Origin: Squalus acanthias
Taxonomy: Eukaryota
Assembly: GCA_030390025.1 (NCBI GenBank)
Contig: CM059432.1
Span: 28,522,001-28,586,000, forward strand
DNA length: 64,000 nucleotides
Direction of reading: 5' to 3'
The notes under the pieces: model-generated
Databases searched by the model: none
What the model saw: the letters and a program-made list of their open reading frames with translations, nothing else
Told to the model about the DNA's origin: nothing
Made by a program: the position numbers and the translations under genes
In this document: in pieces, positions 25,150 through 38,100 of the stretch
How the letters are laid out: every line of letters starts with the position of its first letter
Numbering within the stretch: position 1 is the first letter of the stretch

Positions 25150-26745
25150 ACATAACATGGACATTAGCCTAATTTGGAAAAAATATAAGAGTGCAGGAGA
25201 TGTATATGGATTTTCAGAAGGCACTCGACAATGTGTCTCACAAGAGGCTTGTTACAAAAATTCAGTCGTATGGTATAAGAGGAAATGTAGCAGCATAAAT
25301 GGCAAGTTGGTTGACTTGGAAGAAAACAAAGAGTTGGGGTGTTGATTGGATTGGAAAAGGTTGGAAGTGGTATACCATGGGGTCACTACTGGGTCCACTT
25401 TTGTTCTAGATGATTTGGATTTGTCATACGGAGCAAAATTTTGAAATTTGCTGATGGCAGAAAAGTGGAGGCTTGGCAAACAGTGAAGAGAACTATAAAA
25501 AACTTCAGGAAGACATAAACAGGTTAGCAAAATTGACAGATAGGTGAAAGATGCAAATTAATATGGATACGTGTGAGGTAATAAAGAGTTGGAGAAAAAC
25601 CAAATAATGGAAAGATGCTGAAGGATATGGATGAACAGAGAGACTTAGGGGGTTCAAGGTGATTTCATTGAAACATACAAGATTCTGAAGGGGATTGACA
25701 GGGTAAATGCTGAGAGGTTGTTTCCCCTGGCTGGAGTGTTTAGAACTAGGGGACATAGTCTCAGGATAAGGGGTAGGCCATTTAAGACTGAGATGAGGAG
25801 GAATTTCTTCACTCCGAGGGTTGTGAATCTTTAGAATTCTCTGCCCCAGAGGGCTGTGAATGCTGAGTCTTTGAGTATATTCAAGGCTGAGATAGATAGA
25901 TTTTTGGACTCTAGGGGAATCAAGGGATATGGAGATCGGGCGGGAAAGTGCAGTTGAGGTCGATGATCAGCCATGATCTTATTGAATGGTGGAGCAGGCT
26001 CAAGGGGCCGTATGGCCTACTCCTGCTCTTATTTCTTATGTTCTTATGTTTCTTATGTAAATACATAATTCCCTGGAACTGCAAATGCAGGTAGAGAAAG
26101 CCATAAAAAGGCCAATAGTATTATGGGTTTTATAAATATGGGCATGGAGTACAAGAGTAAAGAAATAATGATACATTTGTAAAAAGCATTGCTTGGGCTG
26201 CAGTTAGAGTACTATATGTAGTTTTAAGCACCCGATTACAGAAAGGACATTAATGTCATACAACATAGTTTCACCAGGATAATGTCAGGGATGGAAAATG
26301 ATAGTTCTGAGGAGAGACTTGAGATACTGGGACTATTTCCACTGGGGCAGAGAAGGTTAAGAGGAGATTTAATAAAGATTTTTTAAATTATGAGGAGTTT
26401 TGATAGAGTGAATAGGGAAAGACTATTTCCTCTAGTTGGGGAGTCAGTGATGAGGGATCATCAGTTTACAGTTATCACTAAATGAGTGAAGAGAAAAGTT
26501 TGGAGAAATTTCTTTATGCACAGGTTATTGGAGGCACTAAATGGGTTGCCACAAAGAGTAGTTGAGGCAATGACTATTGTCTTTTCTAAGAGAAAATTGG
26601 ATAAATGTTTGAAGCAGAGGAAGATATAGCGCAATGGGAACTGAGCAGGCGAGTGGGATTAGTTTTGGATTGCGCTAGCAAAGAGTCGGCATAGACACAA
26701 GGGACTGAATGGCCTCCTTCTGTGCTATAAACATCTATGGTTCTA
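25150..26745 (+). mobile_element. Old CR1 LINE with a younger CR1 3' end nested at about 25646-26057
   Basis: Degenerate RT motifs (DFQKA.D.V, KFAD) flanking a well-preserved CR1 3' end. Confidence 0.8.
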
Positions 26746-27939
26746 TAATTGATGGCCCGCTAACAAAATCATGAAATGTTTAATTTCTGAGAATGGGATC
26801 TCATTAATTACAGGGAAAGACAGACGTCCTCCATTTTCCATTAGAAGATGAACTTCATCCCTTTTGCGTCTTCAGCAGGACGAATCCTTATGACCTGGGC
26901 CCATTTTCTGGACGACTGTGAGTTACATGTATACGTAAGTCCCTCCTGGACCTGTCAAACAGCCCAGATGCTCTCTGGGAACTAAGGAGTTTATGGCTTT
27001 TTACGGTAGGGAGCTGGTTCTTTGTGCCCTACTCTTCCCTTACAAAGGGTCTTAGGAACTTAGGAACAGGAATAGGCCAATCAGCCCCTCGAGCCTGTTG
27101 TACCATTTAATTAGATCATGGCTATCTGTACCTTACTCCATTTACCTGCCTTTTCTCCATATCACTTAGTACCCTTACCAAATAAAAACCTGTCAATCTC
27201 AGTCAATAACTTCTATCTACCCTTGTGATTGCTCTTACTAGGGTTGGGAAGCTTTATCACCAGATAGATGGGTATATTTTTTTAAATCCCTCTGAGCATG
27301 GGCACTCACCTCATGTTACAACATTATTATCACCATAATCTCGTTAACTGCTGATAATTTGGCTCTGTATTTGACATTGTCTTATGGTTAGTTGGTGCTG
27401 GGAAGTGCCACCTAGATCCAGGAAATTTAGCTAAGCTTTCAGGGGGAGTGGTGGGCGGATTCAATCTGAGTCAGCTTGACTCAGTTAGTTAGTAGTCTGA
27501 AGAGTGAGGGGTTGAGCCTCACTGCAGGATCTGAGCACATAATCTCGGCTGACACTTCAGTGCAGTACTGAGGGAGTGCTGCACTGTCGGAGGTGCCGTC
27601 CTTCAGATGAGACAATAAATTGAGGCCCTGTCTGCATGTTCCAGTTGTTTAGGTGGATTCTAGCGATCCCATGGCGCTACTTAAAAAGAGCAGGGAATTC
27701 TCCCACTGTCCTGGATAACATTCCTCCCTCAACTAATATCACTGGTCATTCATATCATTGATCTTTGTGGGACCTTGCTATGTGCAAAATGGCAGTCAAA
27801 TAGCCTGTCAACACTCACTGCCTAGGATCAATTATGAAGCATGATCAGGTGGATGAGGTGCTGGAGGAAACTATACCCCAGTTTGGATCTCTGACTTCAG
27901 GGGAAAATGGGAGAGGGTGGGAGGATGAAAAGAAATGAA

Positions 27940-27974
27940 CCACAAACTACAATAAAGTATTAACACTGTTTATT
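27940..27974 (-). terminator. Likely polyadenylation signal of the PLC-gamma gene (3'UTR about 1.15 kb)
   Basis: AATAAA on minus strand at 27974-27969 followed by a U/GU-rich element (TTTATTGTAGTTTGTGGTTCATTTCTTTT). Confidence 0.55.
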
Positions 27975-29108
27975 GAGTCTGCTCGTACTCATTATGGCCA
28001 TGTATTTAATGTCAACTTAAATGCTGGGCTACATAGTTTCCTTTACATCTTTTTATTTACTATTACTCGTGCTCAGTTCTACCTGTATGTCGGGCATTAC
28101 AAACCCTTTCCACTTTGTACAATTGAAACTTGGAAAAATAAAAATTTTCTTTTTAAAAAAAAAATCCGCTCTCGCTCGGTCTGTCTGAGAGGATCAATTG
28201 GCAGCAGTGAAGGAGCCTGCCACCCAACTCCCAACCTGATTTGGCCATAATAGCGCTGGCTGGATGGGGCGGGAAAACCTGTTAGCGGGATCAAAAACAA
28301 AGAAACATGCTCTCATTGGAGAGCTACTTGCCAAAAAAAATTGAAAAGTTTTTTTTAAAAAAGCAGTCACTTTTTTTCCACACAGGCGGTTCCCTGTTAT
28401 TCCATGGCTTGAGGCTGCCATAGTTGGAACAAAACGTCCCCATGAAGAAAACAATAACCAACCAGCAATGTCCTGACCACCGCCTTATATGCATAGTTCC
28501 TTGGGACATTAAATCACCTTCATTATTTTTTTTTGTATGTACTGGCAGCTCTCCCTTGCCGCTTTATTATAGGGGTGTCATCTGCAGAGTATGACGAGGA
28601 AAGTGTTACAGGAAGTAAGTGTGACATATTGGAAGAGCATGTGATACGCAGGACTTCTAATGTGTGGGTAGTGTGGGGAAGGACCAGCAAAGGAGGCGGA
28701 GAAATCGCCACAGAACTGGATACACTGAATGAACTTCACCATATTCGCATGAGACCGACCCTGCCGAGAATCGTGTGGTGGTAAGTTCAGACTTGATGTA
28801 AATGCGCATGTTTCTCTCGATAAGATTTTTATATTGACATTTTTTTTTTAAATAATCGGTCATCTGCGAGTGTTACATGGTAAAAGGAAAACAAAAAAAA
28901 AGGTTAAAAAGGCACCAGAGCTGTATCATTAGTCTCTGAAATTATCTCCAAAAAGCTTAGGCCAGCTTACACCATGTGCTAAATGGACTTCATACAGGAA
29001 TTTTGCAGGACTGCCTGAATGTAGGCCGAATCTACAGAGGGTTTCCAAAGAAACCAGTAGCCATCTTAGCGATCTGTAGCCTCGGTGCTGCCAGAGTCAC
29101 ATGGATCC

Positions 29109-29169
29109 TTAGTTCCGCTTGTTCACCATTTGTTGCCGTAGTCTGTCTCTCTTTTTCTTCTCTATGAGT
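29109..29169 (-). CDS. PLCG1-like: PLC-gamma last coding exon ([20 protein letters not shown])
   Basis: Strong polypyrimidine-GCAG acceptor; phase 2 junction completes CGA; TAA at 29111-29109. Confidence 0.85.
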
Positions 29170-32100
29170 CTGCAAGAAAAAAAGAGAGAAACAAAGCAAA
29201 GGATCACTGAGTTTATCAGTCCTGTTTAAAAGACAGGTATACTTTGTTTTTGTGCTCATCTTAAATGAGGGATGTTTGTGCTAGCAATGGAGCTCTTTCC
29301 ATTTCACACACCCAACATTAGCATCAAGCATTCCCAGGTCAGATGAAGCATAGCCATGTGTCAACCGTGGCTCAGTGGCAGCAATCTCGCCTCGGAGTTA
29401 GAAGGTTGTGGGTTCAAGTTCCACTCCAGAGACTTGAGCACAAAATCTAGGCTGACATTCTGGTGCAGTACTGAGGGAGTGGCACTATTCGAAGAAGAGC
29501 AGGAGAGTTTTCCCCAGTATCCTGGCCAATATTTATCCCTCAATCAACTAAAACAGCTTATCTGGTAATTTATCACATTGCTGTTTGTGGGCGCTTGCTG
29601 TGCGCAAATTGGCTACCCCGTTTTCTACATTGCAACAAGTGACTACACTTCAAAAGTACTTCATTGGCTGTAAGGCACTTCAGGGTGTCCTGAGGTCGTG
29701 AAAAACACAATGGCCCGTATTTTCTGATGCCTACGGGTGTGTACGGGCTGTGAACACACCCGTAGGGGCATCGGAAATGCCGGTTTCAGGCATGCGAAGC
29801 GCATGTGCTGAAAACCGGCATTTCCGATCTGTCAAGAATGCTCTTGACAGATCGGACGCCTACCCTGGAGAAGGGCCTCTGCGGGGGGAGAGTTCCACTT
29901 TCTGCAGAACCTCCGCCCGCTGAAATCACTTAGAAATCTTACGCTTGGTAAAAGCATAAGGCCTGCTTTTACCAGCATAAGAGTTGAAAAAAAGTAAAAA
30001 AACAATTTTTTCACTCATTTATAATTTAAAAATACTTTTAAAAAACCGGGCCAGAAATTCGGGTCTCCACGGGTGAGTACGCGCTGTGTACTCACCCGTA
30101 GACCCAACGAAAGTGCCGGTTTCGCGCATGCACTGCGCATGCGCTGGAAACTGGAACTTCCGTTCCCTTGAAGGAAGGGGTTCGGAGGTCAAACACGTGC
30201 ACCAGAGAGGCAGCTCGCACGCATTGGACTTCGTTTTTTTTTTCAGGTTTCTGTGTGAGGGTAAGTCCCCAGCAGCTGCGCGGGGAAAAAGCAGGCACAA
30301 GACCTGCTTTTAACAAGGTAAGTGGTGAATTAAGTAAAATTTAAACATTTTTTCCACAGGTTTATCTTTTTTAAATACTTTAAAGAAAGGTAAGTTTATT
30401 TTTAGCCCCGTTAAAAACTTTAATAAATTTTTGTTTAAAATAGTTAATTTATGTAATTTATAGTTATTTTAAAAATGTGTTTTTAAAAAAAAAATTTATT
30501 TGATGTTTTAGTTAGGTTTTGGGGCCGATCTCTATTCATAGATTTGACAGGTCTTCCTGTCAAATCTATGAATGGAGATTCTCTGCTCCGATTGGCTCTC
30601 CATGGCCCACGTGATCCCAGGGGACGCTTCAAACTAACTGCGCCGCTGGGATACGCGAGCACTGCACACCGGCAGCTGGAGGAGGCCCAGGATCGGAATC
30701 CCACGCGGGCCCACAGCACAACGGCAGGTGTGCAGGTTGGGGGCTTGCACCCACGGGAAGCGTCCGACCCGAATTTCTGGCCCATTAAGTTTATTTTTAG
30801 CCCCGTAAAAAACTTTAATTATTTTAAAAAAAATTAAATTTTTGTTTAAAATATTTAATTTAATGTAATTTTAACTCATTTTAAAAACATGATGGTTTTA
30901 AAAAAATGTATTTAATATTTTAGTGTCTTTTTGGGGTGATCTCCATTCATACTTTTGACAGGTCTATCTGTCAAAAATATGAAGGGAGATTCCCTTCTCC
31001 TATTGGCTGGCCTGGCCCATGTGATCCCAGGGACGCTTGCGAACTGCATGCGCCTCTGGGATACGTGGGCCCTGCGTATTTCGACTTTGGAGAGGCCCAG
31101 CATCGGAAGTGTCTGGACCTCGGGAGCCCTCAGGTAAGTTCGTAGATTTTTTTCCAATAGGAGGCAACCGCACGCAGGAAGCCTCTTATTGGAAATTACG
31201 GGCCTATATAAATGCAAGTTTTTCAAGTCTTTCTTTATATGCAGAGTAAAAATCTCCATACTCTGCCCCAACAGTATCTCAGCCCAACCTCAGAAGTATA
31301 CTCCCTATTGCGCAACTGTGACATTTATTTCAATTTCGTACATCAGCCATCCCGCGAATTATCTAATGGCCAATTTTTTTATATCTATTATTCATCTTGA
31401 GATGTGAGCATCGCTGGCAAGGCTAGCAATTTTATTGCCCATCCCTAGTTGCCATGAGAAAATGGCGGTGGGCCTTCTTCTTGAACCGCTGTAGCAGTTT
31501 GACACAACTGAGTGGCTTGCTCGGCCACTTCAGAGGCCAGTTAAGTGTCAACCATGTTGGTGTGGGAGGAGTGTCACATATAGTCCAGACCGGGTAAGGA
31601 CAGCAGGTTTCCTTTCCTAAAGCACATTGAGCCAAATCGTGCTGGAGTGGGGTATCTCATGGCATATGCCATTTAGTTCGACTTTTTCCTGCACCTTTCA
31701 GCTCAAATTTTTTTTGCGCCATAGCTTGCTGGAAGTGCGAGCTTCTAATGGCGTGGCGAGGGCAATGGGGCATCTGGAACCTTTGTGAACGGCGGGACCA
31801 ACAGTGAACTCCTTAACAAATGAGATTTAAGGATTGAGAAAGAAACACAGGAACGACGGAGAAGGCAGGTGAACTAGTGTCAAATCAGGTGCTGAAAGGG
31901 AAATAAAGAGAGGGAATGAAAGGTTGATTATGAAAGAGAGAAAAAAGAGACAGAAAGGAAAAGGAAGAAAAAAATTCAACATTTGACATTTTTAAAATCT
32001 CTAATGAAAATTTACTCCATTCAAGCATAAGATTGAACTGTTTAAATTGTTCCCTTTCTGGGCCAGAGAGGTTGATTGGCATTGCATTAACAATTATCAT

Positions 32101-35100
32101 GTCGTACAAAGGTGCTTACATCGTTGAGTTGCAACCCTAACTTTCTGCGGCGAGATCAATGAGCAATTAAGGTGCAAATCCAGCAAGTTCTTAAAAAAAT
32201 GGAGAGGCTAAGGTCGAGATACCCTTTATACCTAGCCGATTTGCGCATTAATAACAGCGTGCATTGTTATCACGCCATTATTTTTCCATCAAGATTCGGC
32301 CCATTAATGAACCATTATTCTTTAATTAGTGCTGTTAACCCATGCCCACTAGGAACTGGATTGAGATTGCTCAAACTCATTTTACATCGGACCCTTTGGA
32401 CAAAAAAGACTTTCATCCCATCTGCCTAAGCTGGATTTGAACCCAGGCCCCATAGGTAAAAAACCAGGATCTAACCCACTGCTCTAAATTGTACTACTCT
32501 GGAGTAACTTTACTAACTTTTTGTTAAGGGAAAGACAATAGACATTTTCGGCACAGAATGAAGCCATTCAATTGATTGTGTCGTTACTAGCTCTTTGCTA
32601 GAGCAATCCAAAAGTAAGCCCACTGTCCCCTAGCCATCCATCTATGCAGGTAGCTGCATTCCTTTTACTATCTAGTGCCTTGGTTATTGTAACAAGTCTC
32701 TCATGTGGCACTTTATCACACTGTTTCTGAACATGCATATATATATATAAAACATCTCCGACATTCTCGGCACACTCTGATTTCTTGTTTACCGTCTGTT
32801 TCGAGCATCGGTCAGCTCCATCAGCTGGTCCTGTGCAACCCGTAGCTCATCCAGTCGTTGCTGGTACCGGGAGTCACAGCTGTTGTTCCGTTCAAAACTC
32901 GACACCTGACTGGAAAGCTCGCTTGTCCGATCGCGTAGTTGCTGGATGGACGAGTAGAGGTTCTCATCGTCTTCCTCCTGTTTGAAGATCGCGTACACGG
33001 TATTACTGCATTCTGCTTCGATGTCACCCAGCATGTCAAGGCCTCACACGCATGGTCCCAAATAAATGCCATTCTCAGAGGGAACTCTACTCTATTTTAA
33101 GTTAAATGACCTCCATTATCTTTATTTTTGATTTCAGGCAAGCCCATTAAAGTTGCAGTGACCCATTGTTGCTAAGTAGTTAAAGGGAAACTCCAGGAAT
33201 TTCGCCAAAAGATTGGTCTAATGTCATGGTCAATCACAAACGCCCATAACTGGATGAAAGCAGACTATCTGATGTAGACTGTGAGCACAGAAATGTTGGA
33301 CACAGGTTTAATATTAATAAGATGGGAGATTGCAAGAAAGTTTCAAAAAGTAATTGGATATAAACTTGACAAGGAAAAAATCGCAGGGCTATGGGGAAAG
33401 AGCGGGGAAGTGGCACTCTCTTTCAAAGAGCCGGCACAGGCATGATGGAGTGAATGGCTTCCTTTTGTGCTGTAAGATTCTGTGAATCCACTACACCCTC
33501 TCCTGGCTCACAGTTAAAGCAGGTGAGCCTGCGACAATTAACTGTTTCAAAAAGCTGCTAGATTGGTTGTTATAGAGAGAAGGATAGATTGAGATGATCA
33601 AATACTCCATGCAACGTAATGAGAAAAAATTACTTCTTCAGTGCTTAGGACATAAAGGGGGTGAAATTGGGTGCCTTTGCGCCTCCCGTTAGCACCCCTG
33701 GGGGCCGCTAACAAGGCTCAAATGGCATTGCGACCGGGCGCAGCACTGACATCGACTCCCGCCATACTCGGCGGGAGTTTTGCAGCGGTGCTACGGCGTT
33801 GCGGCCCGATCGCCTTCGCCCGGAGGTTGTGACGTCATCACCGTGTGTGTCGCCCCGGTAGCGCCCCGGACCCAAAATTGACTTCCGTCCCCTGCAGCAG
33901 CGCCGGTTGAAAACACCAACAGCTGCAGGAGGCGTGCATCAGGCGGTCGGACGCTTCGAAACAATGATTAAAGGCGAGGTGGCCGAGGTAAGTAAAAAAA
34001 AACTTACCTTTCTTGTTCTGCTTTTTTGTCGTGGGTTCCTGCCCGCGATCGATCAGCCTGGCACTCTGCTTGAGTGCCGGGCTGATTGCGCTGGATTGCA
34101 GCTGCCTTGGTGGTCCAGGTTGGTACTTTTTAAATTGCAGAGCCTGCAGCGATGGCCCTTCCCTTTAAGGGCGGGAAGGAGCCTTTGAACGGGGCAGCGT
34201 TGAACGGCCCAGTGTGCAGAGCTGCTGAAATCTCCGCCCCGCCTGCTGCCGATTGCGCTCCAAGAAGGAAGTGGAACGCTTGATTTAGCGCTCCACTTAC
34301 TTCTTGGAGCGCAAAACCGAATTTTTTTAAAGTCTAGAAACATTAGCGCCTAGTGCTAATTTTCCAAACTTTTAAAATTTAGCACCCCAAACGGAGCTAT
34401 AACAAAATTCTCCTCCAAAGTATTACATGGCTGGCGTGCATATAGAAAAATTGGGCAGCAAGGATCGCACGCTTTAATTTAACCCATTAATTTAAAAAGG
34501 AAAAATAGGCCCAAATCATTCCTGTGCTGCTGAGGCTGGGAGAAATGTTTTCAGAAAGACAATAGGCCAGTATTGAATAGTGGACATCTGGGCATTTAAT
34601 TTATACAGATCTTTCCCTGAGGTGATAAGTGGTTGAGACCTACGAAAAGGATGACTTTGATGGCCTTTTTCATTCTATGCTTTCTTATATTCTCATTGGA
34701 ATAAGATTGACTGACTAGCGCTACGCTTGCCATAACACGGTACTGAAAGAAATCTAAAATAAACACAAGCGGAGAATACGGGATGGCATGTTGGGAATGT
34801 AGCCTCATTCTACAATCTGATGCAGTGGGGTCAGACTGTTATGTGGCTGCAACTAGCCACACATAGAATTCTTAAGCTCAGCCCTGGTGTCAAGAGGTGG
34901 TAGGGAACTGAGTAGCAATTCCTCAATAGGGCAGGGGTGGAAGAACCATGCTAAATAATCTCTGCGCAACAAGTAGCAGTTGGTTGAGCGCTTGATAGTC
35001 CCTTGACTTTGTCTTAGACAGAAATGAATAGGTTGCCTCAGTAGATCAGTGTGAATATACACCCTGCAGGGCTAAAATAAAAGTGTTTGGCTATTCTTTA

Positions 35101-38100
35101 GTCATATGATTACAGAGACATAAATTGTAAAGTGATTCATCACATGATTGATACGTGGCACCACTGCTTCACTGTGCCACCCTCTCTACCTGAAGGTGGT
35201 GGTGGCTGTGTGTGTGTGTGGTTTCCAATTCTGTCTGTATGTGTGGTGTCATCCTCTCTATATATGTGGGCTAGTTAAACATCTTTTGATGAAGATAGTA
35301 GCATGCATCTTTAATTGCTTGTTACATGATTACTTGCAGCAGGGAGCAGGCTATTGTATGTGGGATGGAAAATAGGTCAACTTCCTGTTTTCAAACGTTG
35401 CTGGGCTTTTATTCTACGCAGAGTTATGGAGAGGCTTAATGCAATATTTTCTCGGAGTTTCCTTTTAACTGTTTCCTATGCACGAGCAGGAGCTAAAGAA
35501 AGCAGTCGATAAAGAAAGTGCTGTGCCCCACGGCATCCATTTTGGCAGGAGCAGGGCCGGTATCTGAGCACAACACGGCTGCCCACCTTCCAATCACATA
35601 GCTGGAAGATAGGGAGGAAATAATGGTTGGTGTAAGGAATGAAAGGCTTCTTGGTAGCTCAGACACATTCCTGTTCCAATGTGTCACGGTACGACAAGGG
35701 TGAACGCCTGGGATTTCCCCATCCCCTGCACTCCTGCTCCTGCTATGAAAGTCCAGCACTCAGCCAGGCTATCAAGGTGGAGGTACAAAGTGGGGCCAGG
35801 TGATTTGCCAGGTGAGGAATGGCGGTTCAGTCTCCTCGCTTGTGGGCGGCAAGCCTGTCACGTCTTCGAGCACCCAGTCACCAAACGGGAATGACCGGCT
35901 TCAGGATGTTCCACAGCTCTGCCGTTGGAAAGATGTCAAGTACAGGGGAGGACAAGTTACTCTCCAGACCGATCCCCAATGTTGATCAGTCAGGAACGTC
36001 TGAAGATGGATGATGTGACAAGGCTGCAGGCTTTGCAGGCATTCTCCTGCTTTCTTCCCACTTCCTGGGAATGGTCACCATTCTATTCACCTGGGAAGGA
36101 TGAGAAACTGAGTGCAACCTTGTCAGGATTTGAAACCCGAGGTCCTCCTTTCCTGAGTCCAGCGTACAACCGATTTTCCAGCATCGATATAGGTCTGAAA
36201 ACAGGTCACCACCCATTCTTTGGACTGGGCTATGATTGGAAAAGGGTAGGAAAGGTGGGAGGGGACTTGGGCATCTTTAGCTCCAGTCAGTACATAGGAA
36301 AACAATTGTTTAAAAAAATAGGAGTTAATACACCTCAGAATACTCAGAGCATGGTTACATTCTATTTTTCATTTAGTCCCTCTTATAGAGGATGGGGAAA
36401 GGGAATACACAACATGGCAGACATCACATGCAGTAATCATGCTTTAAAGGGAGGGGGCATCAGCTCCTGGGAAGACACTTTAACAGCATCTCAGTGAGTG
36501 GTTGGCGGCAACGATCCAGACATGGGAAAGGTCTAAACTTGGCTTTTCACTGCAGCTTTGAAATAATGAGCACCTGAAGTAATGTAATTAAATTAATTTT
36601 GAAGGTTTCAAGACATATCCAATTTAAAAATATTTTAAAAGCTTTCCATAGAATTTTAACTTCTAAATAGTTACTGGCCAAGATTTCCATGAAATGTTCT
36701 ATACAGAGCAGCTACAGAGCACATGCCAGCCACAGTGATGTCATCCTACCCAGAATGCACTGCAGGAAGGGAAAGGAATGGAGTCCCCCTGGTGATGAAA
36801 AGATGGAATGTTACAAAGATGAATTATCTCCATAGTACATGGTCAGAACGCTTCCCTAGAAATCACTGTTGATGGTTGAATCAGAAAAATCAATCAGCAG
36901 CCCTTTAAAAATGAACCAGTTTTCACATATTTTAAAGAACCTAATTTTTCTCTAACAAATTAAGTAAAAAGTCAAGGAGTGCACCCTATGCTATCTGTCA
37001 GTATTATATATGATGGGTAAAGTACCGATCACTATCTGTGATACACTCTGTGGACAAGTCTATTAGCGATAGACACCTTGGACAAAGATCTATCCCTATT
37101 AGCGATAGACACCTTGGACAAAGATCTATCACTATTAGTGATAGACACCTTGGACAAAGATCTATCCCTATTAGCGATAGACACCTTGGACAAAGATCTA
37201 TCACTATTAGCGATAGACACCTTGGACAAAGATCTATCACTATTAGCGATGAACTCCATGGGAAAAGATATATCACTATTAGTGATGGACTTTATGATTA
37301 AAGATCCATCACTAGCAGTAACGAACTATAGTGATGGAATCTAAGAATAAAAATCTATGACTATTAGTGCGGGACTGTAATTACTTATCATTATTAGCGA
37401 TGGACTCTTTGGGCAAAGATCTACCAGTTTCTGATGGACTGAATGGGTAAGGATACATCTGAGAATGACTATATAATGACATGATAATGCTAGGTGAATT
37501 CATTTAAATCATTTAAATAACTTCTGATGTTTCTGGCACATAGCACGATGCACTTGGGGTGCCATATTGGTTGGGCACCAGAATGTCAGTTGTCAGAAGC
37601 TAGTGAAATTGCCATTTCTTTTTGCTCTAAGGATGGTGGCAATTTAACTTCCCTTGCAATATATGGCTGTTGGAAGCCAAAAAAAAGAGACAGGGACAAA
37701 ATTTAAGTATGTTTCCATGTCAAGAAGGAGGGTACCCATTTCCTATTTATTTTTTTTCTACATGAGCCTCCCTTGAAGCACCTATCCCCAATAGCCACTT
37801 AGCATCTGGAGCACCGCTCAGGCTTTGGGCTCATTTCATGGGAACTAGGGGTCTAAAACACCTTGCACACATTATGCAGCAAAGTTGGCACACATTATGG
37901 AGTGTGGAGTGCATTGGGTGCTGCATAGAACTCATGGCACACCATCTGATCATGTGATGGTGATGAGAGGTGATCTCATTGAAACATGTAAAATTCTTAC
38001 AGGGCTTGACAGGGTAGATGCAGGGGGCATGTTTTCCCTGGCTGGGGAATCTAGAACCAGGGGTCACAGTTTCAGAATAAGGGGTCAGCCATTTAGGACT

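Noticed and set aside
29032..29259. ORF-track frame ([17 protein letters not shown]...) as the PLC-gamma C-terminus
   Set aside because: The upstream exon ends in phase 2, which selects the frame [10 protein letters not shown]...KRN*
33657..34416. Intronic CpG islands (also 46508-47352) as alternative promoters
   Set aside because: Bounded by TIRs and TSDs and similar to each other; explained as MITEs, though co-option is not excluded
37061..37255. CRISPR-like array (36-bp repeats)
   Set aside because: Units are head-to-tail with no unique spacers, there are no cas genes, and the context is eukaryotic; it is a minisatellite
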